From positions 94,715 to 158,714 of the IMG/VR virus record IMGVR_UViG_3300027969_000001: a stretch of 64,000 nt of DNA, one strand, 5' to 3'. Made by a program: the position numbers and the translations under genes. The notes below the pieces were generated by a model, which worked only from the letters and a program-made list of their open reading frames with translations, did no database searches and was not told the origin of the DNA. The DNA is from a virus. Shown piece by piece: positions 28,401-37,688 of this stretch. The first letter of the stretch is position 1. Each line of letters starts with the position of its first letter.

Positions 28401-31400
28401 ATCAGTCAAGTTTCTATTAATTGCCTTCATGGCATTGTAGGAAAGACTGTCCATAGTTCTAATCTGGAAGAAATCTGGAGAGATGCCTTCTTTGGCTATT
28501 CTCTTTGTTACGTCGTCTTTGGCGTTAACGTTAAATACTAAATAAGCAATTCTTGCTTCCGGTTCTGATTTCTGCAGTCTCTTAGCAAAGTTAATAACTG
28601 TTGTTGTTTTACCCGTTGCCGCTAAAGCTCTAACCTTTACGTCTGCTCCAGTCATCATTGCGTCTATAGCAACATCTTGTTCAGGGTTAGGTTTTCTGTT
28701 GGCAGGGAGGTCTGGGTAGTCGTATTTCTCAACGTCTTTTATGTCAATTATTTTTCTAGGTTTTCTAGAGAATGGAGCACTTGGTGTACTTGGCGCACCT
28801 GGGGCATTCGGGGTGGAAGGCTTGGATGGAGTAGCGTCACCATTTGGCCATACGGTTTTGCCGTTTTCAACGGTAGGCCAGCCATAAACCATGTTACGAA
28901 GCGTGTCCCACTGTGACTGACTAAGGACTCCATTTTTACTCTTATGCTGAGAAAGAACACTAGGTAAGAAACTTTCTTCAAAACCCTTTTTGGGAGTTTT
29001 TGCTGCGGCAGCTTCTATTAGTTTTTTCTGCTCTTCTGGATTTGGCATGTCTCCTGGTGGATTTTTGCCAGAAGACAGGCTTTGCGGAGCAGTTACTGTT
29101 GGTGTAAATGTTGATGCTTTAGGAGCTCCACCACCGTACGGATTCCAGTGTCCGTTTGGCCTTTGTTGTTCTGGTCCGAGTTTTGTTGGACCATTGGCAA
29201 TGCCGTCAATACCGGTGTTTCTGGCTGGGTCGAATATCCAATCGAGGCCTGGACCGGGGTCAAAACCTAATTTTGCACGAGTAAGTGCAACATACAGAAG
29301 ATGTGCTTCTTCTCTTGGCAACCTATTGTTAACCTCACCAGCATCTTTCTGTGCTTGAGTGAGTGCAATCCCCATGTCACGAGCATTGGACCTTCCCCAG
29401 TCATCACCCATCATGACGTAGTCGGCTTCAAGGCCTTTTACCCCGTGTCCGGTAATTACTTCAATATCAACGCCTTCAGTGTCGTTTACGTGGTCTGTGA
29501 GGTATCTTCCAAGTTCTGAAACAATAGAAGCACTTTCTTCTAGGGTGTCACCGGAGACAACCCACCCATCGCCAGGCGGGCGCTGCGCCTTCCCGTCTAA
29601 AGCAACACTCTTCTCATGGTAGGATATTTTCCCTTCCATTTTGTGGTCTTTAATCCATTTTTGAAGTGCAAGTCTGCTTGGCCCGAGCGCAGTAGCTTTT
29701 GTGGCTGAGCCGTTCGCGGCCGTGTATGACTTTACTCCGTCAACTCCGTTACCGGTTATGAGAATACTCTTCCCGTCCCATTTGCCTGATGCCGTAACGC
29801 CAGGACCAAGCCACGAACCAGAGTCGGTAAATAATGGTCTCCAGTAAACCCTATTAATATCTGCGTCACCATTAAGAGATGCTGGAATAATTATGTTTGG
29901 CTCAAGGCCGCCCATTATCCACGGGCCATTAGCACCAGCACCAGATTTCTTGGGATTGAGTGCTCCCTGTATTTTTACAGCTTCAATATCAATTTGTTCA
30001 AATGGGTCTATGTCTACCCTTTCTTGAACTGGAATAATTTTTCTCTTAGAATAGTCAAATTCACCTTTTACTGAGTCCCACATGCCCTCTAAGGCTTCTA
30101 CGTAATCCATGGCGCTCATGTTGGCTTGCATTATCGCCCCGGTTTGTGGGTCTCTATATGTAGCCCGTGTTCCGTCTGGGTTCATTTTAGGCAAATCAAG
30201 AAGCCTCATCAACGAGAGCGCGTCAGCATTAGCTTTACCGTCGATAGAAAGTATTCTCTTGACGTCTTGAATACTTGCAGCGTCCATCACTTTTCCACCA
30301 AGAAGCTTTGACTCCACTGGTCTTGCAAGTTTTTTGCCAGAGTTAATCCAATTCAGAACCTTCATTGCGGCAAGCATTTTAGAGTGTCTTTCCTCCGGCA
30401 TGCCAAGCGTCTTACCAAGTCGCGTGCTTATTTCTATACCTTGAGAAATCATTCCCGCATTGGTCCTGAATATAACCATGTTTTTGCCAGGACGGTCAAA
30501 TTTGTAGTCTCTAAGTATTTCTCCGTCAGCCTGAGCAGCAAGAGCCTGCATGGCATCGGTTAATAATTTGTCTCTATCTTTTTCATTAAGTGAGGGAAGC
30601 GCGGAAAGACTTACAATGTTTTCATCCAGACGATTGTTTCTTTTTTGTATGTCGACCCATCGAGCGTCGTACTTCTTGGCAAGTTTTTGAAATTTTTTAG
30701 TAAGTTCATCTTTGGATAGTCCAGCAATACTGAAGTCGGCTTCGACTACACCAGCAGCTCTACCAAACAATTGGTAATCGGAAGCTTCTGGGTCTACGCC
30801 ATCGTTTCTGTCCTCGATATTCAGCATGTTAAGAATCGAGTTACCTAAGTATGCTTGTAATCTTCCGTATCTAAAAGAGTCACGAAGGGTTAGTTCAAAT
30901 GTTGGTTTTACTTGAGCAAAAGTATCTGATGAACCTCTAAACCCAAAGATTGACTGACGTGGGTCACCAACCATCATTATGCTGACGCCTTTTTCGGCAT
31001 TGTCGGCAATTACTTGCTGAACTACCTGGTTAGTGTCTTGTGCCTCGTCGAACATGAACAGGCTCAACGGTTTGTCTTTTGTTCCAAACTGGCGGTACCA
31101 CGTTGCACCTGTCTTGTTGTGTGTAACAATGCCTGTCTTGCCTTTGACGGCTCTTGTTCCGGATGGGGTGGCTTTTGGAAAACCCTGCTGGTCCCTGCTG
31201 GCGTGACCAATCAAACCTGGGTCTGTTGATAGGTCAGGCTTGGTTAATGCCCACATTTTTACTTGATGGTCAAAAGTTGGAAGAACGTTTGAATTATCGT
31301 CCGTAATGTCTTTCCACATCTGTTCCAACTGCTTAACCCAAGCATCTGGAACAGGCTGGGTCCACACGCGGTCTACTACAGGACTTAGGGTGGTGCTGCC

Positions 31401-34400
31401 TCCATTTAGAACCATGTTCTGTATGTCAAAAGCAGAATGTTCAAAGTGTTTTGCACTTATGGTCTCGTCGCCGCTTATGCAGAACCTGCTAAGAGCATTG
31501 TTGAGGATTGCTCCGTATTGAAGTGCGCTTATTTGCGTGGCATCAAACATCTGACTACCCAAGGGAAGTGCGCCACCATTGTTGCTTCCGCCATATTTGA
31601 TTTCGTCTAATTTGTATTTTTCGACAACAGCTTTAGAGCCCTCTATTTTGTCAAAAGCGGTATACCCAAGCGTTCTGTACCCAACAGACTTAACACCTAC
31701 TAAATCCACAGTAGTTCCATCAAATCTTGTGATGGTTTTTTTAACGGTTGCCTGTTTATGGGTTTTACCCCAGTACGAATTGCCTCCGCCACTTGCACCA
31801 ATTGAAACTTTTTCGGCAGTTTTTGGGCCGAACATTTTATTTCCGGTGCCAAACTTGAGTGACCAATACGCCAATTGATTAATTGTTGAAGAACCAGTAT
31901 TTTCTGGCATTCTTCCGTTTGCTTCTTGCGCGTTTTTTCTGGCAAAAGTAATGTAATAAACTCCTGCTTCTGGGTCTTCTAGTTGAACAGCTTTAGAGAC
32001 TGCTTCCAGGGTTGTCGTTTTGCCAGTTCCGGCACCCGCTCTTACTGCAGCTATCCCACCCGGTTGCTCCAAGAAATGAACTCCGGTGTCAATGATTGCA
32101 ACTTGTTCTTCAGTTGGCGTGTAGTTGAGGCCTAGGCGCTCGCGAGCGCTTTCCGCGTCGCTTCTCTTGACTATTCTCTTATCGTCAAACTTGCTTACAA
32201 TCGGCTTCAGGTCAGCGCCGCTGCTTAGCTTACGATAAGACTGGTCGTATCTATTGCCGTCTTTGTCTTTAATTAAGAATCCAGGGATTCCTGCAAGGTC
32301 TTCTCCAAAGAGTCCTGATGACATTGCACCAACAACGCCTCTTCTCTTTCCTCCTGCAGGAACTCTAAATGGAGCCTGTGGAGAAAGTGGTTTTTTCTCG
32401 CCTTTCTTTGGTGGGCCGAGCTTGACTGTAACGTTTCTGGCAGTGTTTGTTCCAGGAACCGTGAAGGTAAAGTCTTGACGACCTTTTCTTTCGTCGTCTC
32501 TTTTACCAGCAAGTCTACGAAGCGTTGGCGACTTGTTCATCATGTAGTCGATGGCCTGCTGTGCCTGTGTTAACGCATCTTGAAGTGCGTTTGGGTTATC
32601 GCGAATGGCTTGCATCCAGCCGGAAACGTACTGAGCGTGGTCTTCTCTGACTGTCGGCTCAAGGCCAAGGATTCCCATGGCGAAAGCGCTACCAATTTCA
32701 GCAATTAGTTCTTCAAATGCGTACCTAGATTTAGATTCGGCTCCAGCTCCTCGCATTCTTCCTGTTTGGTCTCTATTGAGGCGAGATGGGTGGCCGGTCC
32801 AGTGGGTTGTTTCGTGAAGCAGTGTTGAGTAGAAACCTATTGGGTCCTTAAAAGAAGAGAACGTGGGCATTGTAATAGAGTCATTGGAAGGTGAATAAAA
32901 TGCTCGGCCTTGTTTTGCCTCTTTCCAATCCGGTCCTATTTCTGAAATAACGTCTTCAATGTCTTTCATTCTCTTCGCTGCGTCAAGTTCGTCATGCGAG
33001 ATTGGTTTATAGAACTCCTCCGGCAAGCCTTTTACTTCAGCAACGTTAATAACTTCAGTAATGTGAAACGTTCCTGTTGGGCGACCGTTGTATAAAGTTG
33101 GTGCAATTATCTGTACGAGCTTATTCTCATATCCCGGTTCTAGTTCTCCGCCAGCTTTCTTCCATTGAGCCACCCCAGCCCAACGTGGAATCTCGTACCC
33201 ACGATGCGATGCAACCTGCATGAGAAGGAATTGGTTTGTTCCTTCATATGTTCTTTTGGTATTTGGATTAGTAGCAAAAAACATTGCTCTTCTCCAAGGA
33301 AATTCCCATGTTGAATTAGGGTCATTTTGTACTTTTTCAAGAGAAGCTAAAAAGTCTTTAGCCATCAAGTCGTACATTTCCTTAAGGGAACTTTCATCTA
33401 GTTCTTGACCTGATGAAAGTTTTGCTAGCGGACCATCGTACTTAAATCTGTCTTCGTCAGACCTGTTCTTGGGACTTGTTTTGAGATAAAACTTATAGTC
33501 GTTAGAAAGGTCTTTTCCAGGAATGCTGAATTTCTTATCTGGATTTGGTGATTTAGGAGCTGAAATTTTTGCTACAGAGTCGCCGACTTCGTTCTCTAGT
33601 TTTTGAACTGGTTTTTTAGCACTCGGAACACGGTCTTTTGGCTTGACGTCGGGGGCCCCAATAGGCTTCAATGCGTTCTGGATTCCTATGAAACGAGGAT
33701 TGGTTGAACCTTCGTCTACCCAGCCGTCATTGTCGGGGTCAAAGGTACTGAATGTGGGTTTTCTGTATCCGCGAACGCCACCAGTAGGGATGTCGATATC
33801 CGTGCTTCTATTTCTACGGTTGTCGCCAAGATGACGGTCACCAAGGGTTGGTCTGTCTATGAGACGAGAACCAATCGCCCTTCCTAAACGAAAGCCTGCG
33901 GCCTTTGTTTCGGGGTCAAACTCAATTAAAGATTTTTTTTTTAGGTTATTGAGTGCAGTGTCTACTGCATCTATGAGTTCCAGGGTTACTCCGGATGTGA
34001 GAACGATGCCTTCCGTATCAACAAAAGACTCAACTCTGTGATAATCAAAAATTGGGTCAAGAGCTTGTTTTACTTTAAATGCATGCTCTACGACTACCGG
34101 AATGTAATACGGCTTATCATCGTATGAATCACCGAGACTAAACTCGGCGAGGCTTTTGTACTTGCGACGGGAGAGGAATTTATTCTCAATTGCCCCACGG
34201 AGTGAAACAACAGCCAAATCTTCTGGGTACTTAACTTCTATGTCTGTTAAATACTCGACTTCTGAATTGAGTTCATCTAGTCTGTACGACTTCATGACAG
34301 ACGGACCGGCATTAACCACGCCAGGAGGAATTACGGCGAATCGACACTTTCCTTCACTCTCAACAGCCATGTCAATAATCTTGCATTTTCCTTCACCTTG

Positions 34401-35513
34401 GAAGAATACGCAGTTTGAGCATTTGACGCCTATTCTAGCAATTTCGTTTTCTATGGCCGGCGTATATCCAGCCCACACACCTTCGGAGTCTTCATTGAAC
34501 TTTCCGTGGCGAGCTACAATCTTTAGCAAAGCGTCTCTAAGGTCCGCTTCTTCTTTATCGAGGTTTCCAGGAGTTTGCTGACCCATGTTGCTGTTGCCTG
34601 TATTCGCGTACTCAACTCGTGGAAGAGCAATAACAGCCATTCCCTCGCTAGTTGGCTTAAACGCCATCGGTACCGATGCTGCTGGTGGGCGCATGGGAAC
34701 CGTTGGAGCCTGAACTCGTGGAGTCGGCATAGACATTGGCATAGCCATTGGGGCACCGAACATGAAGCGGCCGTTGTTGTGCATGAATGGGCACTTGTAC
34801 TTTTCATTTTGACCGTTTTCGCCTACATGTCCATACATGACATGATTATCTGCAACGTCAGTCACGGAAACTTTTTTGCCGAGCATCATCGAGAGTTGCT
34901 TCTCTAGTTCCTCTACGTCCATACCATCAGTAACAGGAGTACTCATCTGTGGGTTCTCCATGATTGCAGACTGACCGTCAGACTTGACAGAGATGGTCCC
35001 CGTGAGTTGGTTTGCGCCATGCAATACAGGGCTTACTTCATAGAGTTCAAGCTCGTAAATAACGTTTGCTTGAGCCTTTTGGTCATACTGAGCGCGGAGG
35101 GTTTTGTAGCCAATTGACCACTCCTGCTCTTGACCAAAGAAGGCTACGTTTGAGAACGCCTCTTTGCCTTTTTCTGAAAAAAGATTGAACTGAACGCGAG
35201 CAAAAAGTCCACCAATACCAGCCATCTTCATTTTCATTGGAAGACGATTGTCGGTTGGCGGTACTTCGTAAATTTCTAGAACCTTACCGATAGGGTCGTT
35301 CCAGTTATGTCCCCAAACAACACGCGGCTTTCTGCGCATAAGGCTCTTGGTAAATGCTCCAGTTGCACAAATGTCACCAACAGAGTCTCTATTACCAATG
35401 CCTGCCACAAAGCACTCAACGATTCCCTGCGCTTCATCTAGGTTTAGCGAGCCATTTGCTGCTGCTGTAGAACCTAGTGATGCTGCTTTGTATTCAAACA
35501 TTTCTAAAGGCAT
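25404..35513 (-). CDS. 3369-aa prohead protease polyprotein: HK97-type protease, ArdC-like/zincin, two SF1 (UvrD-like) helicases, unknown C-terminal domain
   Basis: aa 1-180 DSVGD..GAF..WGHNW..PIG..WSIGY..LYEVSPVLHGAN; W..PW..N..T.RTYEGTN and HETTHWTGH..RLNR..YAFEELIAEIG; two full sets of Walker A (AGAGTGKTT, ALAATGKTT), DEAQD, GD..Q.I..[FW]RG, H..KGLE, YVA.TRA. Confidence 0.9.
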   Translation of the reverse strand: MPLEMFEYKAASLGSTAAANGSLNLDEAQGIVECFVAGIGNRDSVGDICATGAFTKSLMRRKPRVVWGHNWNDPIGKVLEIYEVPPTDNRLPMKMKMAGIGGLFARVQFNLFSEKGKEAFSNVAFFGQEQEWSIGYKTLRAQYDQKAQANVIYELELYEVSPVLHGANQLTGTISVKSDGQSAIMENPQMSTPVTDGMDVEELEKQLSMMLGKKVSVTDVADNHVMYGHVGENGQNEKYKCPFMHNNGRFMFGAPMAMPMSMPTPRVQAPTVPMRPPAASVPMAFKPTSEGMAVIALPRVEYANTGNSNMGQQTPGNLDKEEADLRDALLKIVARHGKFNEDSEGVWAGYTPAIENEIARIGVKCSNCVFFQGEGKCKIIDMAVESEGKCRFAVIPPGVVNAGPSVMKSYRLDELNSEVEYLTDIEVKYPEDLAVVSLRGAIENKFLSRRKYKSLAEFSLGDSYDDKPYYIPVVVEHAFKVKQALDPIFDYHRVESFVDTEGIVLTSGVTLELIDAVDTALNNLKKKSLIEFDPETKAAGFRLGRAIGSRLIDRPTLGDRHLGDNRRNRSTDIDIPTGGVRGYRKPTFSTFDPDNDGWVDEGSTNPRFIGIQNALKPIGAPDVKPKDRVPSAKKPVQKLENEVGDSVAKISAPKSPNPDKKFSIPGKDLSNDYKFYLKTSPKNRSDEDRFKYDGPLAKLSSGQELDESSLKEMYDLMAKDFLASLEKVQNDPNSTWEFPWRRAMFFATNPNTKRTYEGTNQFLLMQVASHRGYEIPRWAGVAQWKKAGGELEPGYENKLVQIIAPTLYNGRPTGTFHITEVINVAEVKGLPEEFYKPISHDELDAAKRMKDIEDVISEIGPDWKEAKQGRAFYSPSNDSITMPTFSSFKDPIGFYSTLLHETTHWTGHPSRLNRDQTGRMRGAGAESKSRYAFEELIAEIGSAFAMGILGLEPTVREDHAQYVSGWMQAIRDNPNALQDALTQAQQAIDYMMNKSPTLRRLAGKRDDERKGRQDFTFTVPGTNTARNVTVKLGPPKKGEKKPLSPQAPFRVPAGGKRRGVVGAMSSGLFGEDLAGIPGFLIKDKDGNRYDQSYRKLSSGADLKPIVSKFDDKRIVKRSDAESARERLGLNYTPTEEQVAIIDTGVHFLEQPGGIAAVRAGAGTGKTTTLEAVSKAVQLEDPEAGVYYITFARKNAQEANGRMPENTGSSTINQLAYWSLKFGTGNKMFGPKTAEKVSIGASGGGNSYWGKTHKQATVKKTITRFDGTTVDLVGVKSVGYRTLGYTAFDKIEGSKAVVEKYKLDEIKYGGSNNGGALPLGSQMFDATQISALQYGAILNNALSRFCISGDETISAKHFEHSAFDIQNMVLNGGSTTLSPVVDRVWTQPVPDAWVKQLEQMWKDITDDNSNVLPTFDHQVKMWALTKPDLSTDPGLIGHASRDQQGFPKATPSGTRAVKGKTGIVTHNKTGATWYRQFGTKDKPLSLFMFDEAQDTNQVVQQVIADNAEKGVSIMMVGDPRQSIFGFRGSSDTFAQVKPTFELTLRDSFRYGRLQAYLGNSILNMLNIEDRNDGVDPEASDYQLFGRAAGVVEADFSIAGLSKDELTKKFQKLAKKYDARWVDIQKRNNRLDENIVSLSALPSLNEKDRDKLLTDAMQALAAQADGEILRDYKFDRPGKNMVIFRTNAGMISQGIEISTRLGKTLGMPEERHSKMLAAMKVLNWINSGKKLARPVESKLLGGKVMDAASIQDVKRILSIDGKANADALSLMRLLDLPKMNPDGTRATYRDPQTGAIMQANMSAMDYVEALEGMWDSVKGEFDYSKRKIIPVQERVDIDPFEQIDIEAVKIQGALNPKKSGAGANGPWIMGGLEPNIIIPASLNGDADINRVYWRPLFTDSGSWLGPGVTASGKWDGKSILITGNGVDGVKSYTAANGSATKATALGPSRLALQKWIKDHKMEGKISYHEKSVALDGKAQRPPGDGWVVSGDTLEESASIVSELGRYLTDHVNDTEGVDIEVITGHGVKGLEADYVMMGDDWGRSNARDMGIALTQAQKDAGEVNNRLPREEAHLLYVALTRAKLGFDPGPGLDWIFDPARNTGIDGIANGPTKLGPEQQRPNGHWNPYGGGAPKASTFTPTVTAPQSLSSGKNPPGDMPNPEEQKKLIEAAAAKTPKKGFEESFLPSVLSQHKSKNGVLSQSQWDTLRNMVYGWPTVENGKTVWPNGDATPSKPSTPNAPGAPSTPSAPFSRKPRKIIDIKDVEKYDYPDLPANRKPNPEQDVAIDAMMTGADVKVRALAATGKTTTVINFAKRLQKSEPEARIAYLVFNVNAKDDVTKRIAKEGISPDFFQIRTMDSLSYNAMKAINRNLTDKSYEADAVNWIDPIKSYKDRAAYLGIKGMVSEADELSAIDVYKRVQKAIDAFVISDDKEVGPQHFTGAFNGSLAVKDEKILPELVGYAKKMWEDINTARDGKKGMLPTNNAHLTKIWALTDPDIGKIAGANIAMVDEAQDMNPVFAKMLANSGDIQKIYIGDTNQAINAWRGADGKTLDDAKSVYDMPITDSYRFGKVIAGVGNQFLSLLGAKERMTGKKADKSGNPVDGVITTIDKPTMILTRANGGAIAATMDVFSKGGAVYGSKNFKKDLENFIQNIDWMENKAKGNPFYINEFGKEVKTPPPPSQDLDGITTMEEFKKAIEDGDNNRLNMLNKLLAENSVADLREALSKIITDKKKLPENRDDYVHIQTAHTSKGLESPRVKIWSDFRKPKWDKEKKTWIMPDEQELRLSYVAVTRAEEQLELGSLDWINDFPESDSGSVAKLSSGAASSNAGGRLSRRIRTVGNAGEDMSGAEGDTRRLAHPIELAGFSSVTKNSGTNRAITKTSMSIWKGFRDNGIALDIDSDSTDPAQKQKALNNALNAISERMRERPSIKIGNISQNGGNQEPSAETWMLPVSKLKDAIRVPTEWTRDYTDSGSLSESFHSQTRPITNAELASMLGLGRRDAALLEKDGAAINHDAVRYMLAETGKQKEFGAWRLFAPVDSAEAKQKKWNAEEVFAENIGRASMRDRFIVETFGKDAFPHWFDQEEQQSITPDEYASLGEVSPVAKFQAMGRFQKNSATDGDSEAEHNLMLEGMSGASLTPSGTVTAEQIATDKTSRQDFKIEPLLEHLGISKNDNWHEKLRQVIAESFGSQNVGLGSRRDAAEWEKKGVPVAYIDEMIRKGVIPDASSIWTEGKAGQQLDSELSRSKHAVYEALNEFIQKSGVEKSKANRETVHSIIGKKDIHTELPKLAATRGPVFSPKKGDSPRYSTNELQGVVNRFNEVFGTNYSIDDIFSAEQLRTARERIEKDGKTLYGKNKNGTRVISDSTAV

Positions 35514-35541
35514 TTGGCTTCTTTTCTTTAGCGATGAAACG

Positions 35542-35577
35542 ATAATAAACTATTTTGTAGGTCTGTTAGTGCACCTA
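35542..35577 (-). promoter_or_regulatory. putative late promoter (TAGGTGCAC-N21-TATTAT)
   Basis: Bipartite motif with identical 21-nt spacer. Confidence 0.6.
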
Positions 35578-35617
35578 TTGTTATTATCCATTAATATAAA
35601 GAAACAATATAAAGAAA

Positions 35618-37681
35618 CTAAGCTACTTGAGCAAAGTTCCAAACATCCCTTGCGCCTGTTTCGGCTATTTCAAACTGTTCTTTAGCAAAGAAGTTTGCAT
35701 ACATATCAATCAAACCCTCCCTGAAGGAGAGGAGGCGTCTATCTTCTTCGGCAAACTCAAAAGACTTGAGCATTATGGAGTTGATGTCAGAGAAGAATAC
35801 GTCATTAACCTTTTTGATTCTAAGCAAATGTGACTCAATATTCTTGACAACGTCAAACGGCTGAAGAGTTTTAATCTTCATACCGTATTCGTTTGACTTC
35901 TCGCTTCTTAATTCGTATGAGTCATTAATAATTGCAGATAATACGGGTTTAATGTCGTCATCAATCTGCTTATTCCATATATCTTTTGAGAGAATTGAAT
36001 CTATGTCCAAAGTTCCAGACATAAGAGACTTTCTAGCCTTTGCCCCACTGGCCTTCTCAAGAACAACTCTTTGCTGTCTTTCGACAATACGTTCAATGCT
36101 TCTAGAAAGTATGTCCGTCCAGCGCTCAATTGCAGTCTCAGACCTATCTTCGGCTGTCGTTTCGTCACTCTTTGTTTGAATCTGAGTGTTTGAGTCAGAA
36201 GCCGTAACCATCCCAGGCATCGCCTCAGGAGCAAGCGCTTCTGGCGGAACAGTGTCTTGAGGCATTCCTTCAACTTGTCCTGCTGCTGCAAGGGCTCCCT
36301 GCATCGTATTGGGGTCAAGTGGCGGTGTTGCCCCCACTGGAGGCATTCCTGGTACTGGGGGTATTCCTGGAGCGCCTGGTGGCATTCCTGGCATTCCTGG
36401 CATTCCTGGAGCGCCTGGAATCTGTGCCGTATTTGGTTCTTCCATCTTCTTCTTAGTATTGGCAATTGGAATGAGGTTGGGGTTCATCAAAAGGGAGTCA
36501 GCCAAATCGGCTTCTACTTCTTTTCGTGAAGAACCTATTCTGTATTCGTTGTTGCTAATTAGACCTGCTTGGAATTCCTGCATCAGGTAGCGGTCGCGCT
36601 CTTGCTTGTAGAGCATCAAAATTGGGACACCGGTGGTATCAAAGTCAACGTAGTTCTTATCATCTAGTTCATCCAAAGCACGGGCGATTGGCTCCAAATG
36701 CGGAAGCATTGTCTCCATCCAGAATACCCTGATTTCCTCAGCAGCGTTACTAAACGTACGTCCTGCAGCATTTCCTATTACCGACTCCGGAACACCAAAA
36801 GCAGCAAGTATTTCCTCTTTGGTAACTTGGCGCATCTGAATATAGGCAGCATCTCTTGGGCTAGCCGAAGTGTCAACGAAGTCAACACCATCATCGGCCG
36901 AAATAACGGTCGTATGGCCGGCGCGTGTTATGTTTCCACGGAATCGACTACGGAGCTCCTCCTTGTCTTCTTCATCAATTTCTCCACGAAGGACAAGCAA
37001 TCCACCGGGACGACCATCATTAAGCAGGTAGTTGCGGTTGTAGAGCTTTGCCAAGTTCTCAATTTCTATCGCCACGCCAGATGCCTCAAGTGGAGTTAGG
37101 GACAGGTATGGGTCAAGAGGGTGCGGGCGACGAACCCAACAAACATCATCCGGCTTCATGATTACTTTTTGACCATTTGGCATGCTTACTTCGTAACCAG
37201 AAACAAAGGTCTTGGGGTCGGGAATTGGGGCAGTTGACTGAGGTGGGAGTAGGTTTAGTCCAATTATCCCACCATCACGACCACGCACTTTTTCGATAAA
37301 AGCACCCCGTGTACCAAGGAGAAGCTGAGCGGAAAGCCTGTATCTAAAAATAAATGAGTTTTCCCCAACATTGGACTTGACGTTTAGGAGTTCCAGCAAT
37401 GTTGAGCGGTTCGCCTCGCGGCCAACTATTATCTCACCCTTGCTGGAGTTGTCTTTGCGGAGTATGGCCGGTAGACGTGCCTGGTTTCCAGCGATAGCAT
37501 CAATGCACCGGTTAACCCAGGTAATTTTTGACATGCCTTCGCGGTAAGCACGCTCGATATCCCACGAGTCCCTGTATGGCTTACCCTCAAAAGAGGGGTT
37601 ATTTGAGATAGGTATTCCATACCCCAACCCCTTCGACCCCGATGACTGAACTGATTTATTCTCTGACGAGTTCCATCCCAT
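35618..37681 (-). CDS. portal protein (HK97 family) with Pro/Gly/Met linker and C-terminal MuF-like extension
   Basis: WVNRCIDAIA, GLNLLPP, YLSLTPLEA, NDGRPGGLL, EILAAFGVPESVIG, GLISNNEYR; PGM repeats; helical extension ending IAETGARDVWN. Confidence 0.9.
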   Translation of the reverse strand: MGWNSSENKSVQSSGSKGLGYGIPISNNPSFEGKPYRDSWDIERAYREGMSKITWVNRCIDAIAGNQARLPAILRKDNSSKGEIIVGREANRSTLLELLNVKSNVGENSFIFRYRLSAQLLLGTRGAFIEKVRGRDGGIIGLNLLPPQSTAPIPDPKTFVSGYEVSMPNGQKVIMKPDDVCWVRRPHPLDPYLSLTPLEASGVAIEIENLAKLYNRNYLLNDGRPGGLLVLRGEIDEEDKEELRSRFRGNITRAGHTTVISADDGVDFVDTSASPRDAAYIQMRQVTKEEILAAFGVPESVIGNAAGRTFSNAAEEIRVFWMETMLPHLEPIARALDELDDKNYVDFDTTGVPILMLYKQERDRYLMQEFQAGLISNNEYRIGSSRKEVEADLADSLLMNPNLIPIANTKKKMEEPNTAQIPGAPGMPGMPGMPPGAPGIPPVPGMPPVGATPPLDPNTMQGALAAAGQVEGMPQDTVPPEALAPEAMPGMVTASDSNTQIQTKSDETTAEDRSETAIERWTDILSRSIERIVERQQRVVLEKASGAKARKSLMSGTLDIDSILSKDIWNKQIDDDIKPVLSAIINDSYELRSEKSNEYGMKIKTLQPFDVVKNIESHLLRIKKVNDVFFSDINSIMLKSFEFAEEDRRLLSFREGLIDMYANFFAKEQFEIAETGARDVWNFAQVA

Positions 37682-37688
37682 GTTTTAT

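Noticed and set aside
15625-35513. Inteins as the explanation for the giant ORFs
   Set aside because: No Hint N-terminal blocks or LAGLIDADG motifs recognised; isolated HNS/HNT tripeptides in the 2645-aa protein do not coincide with domain boundaries.
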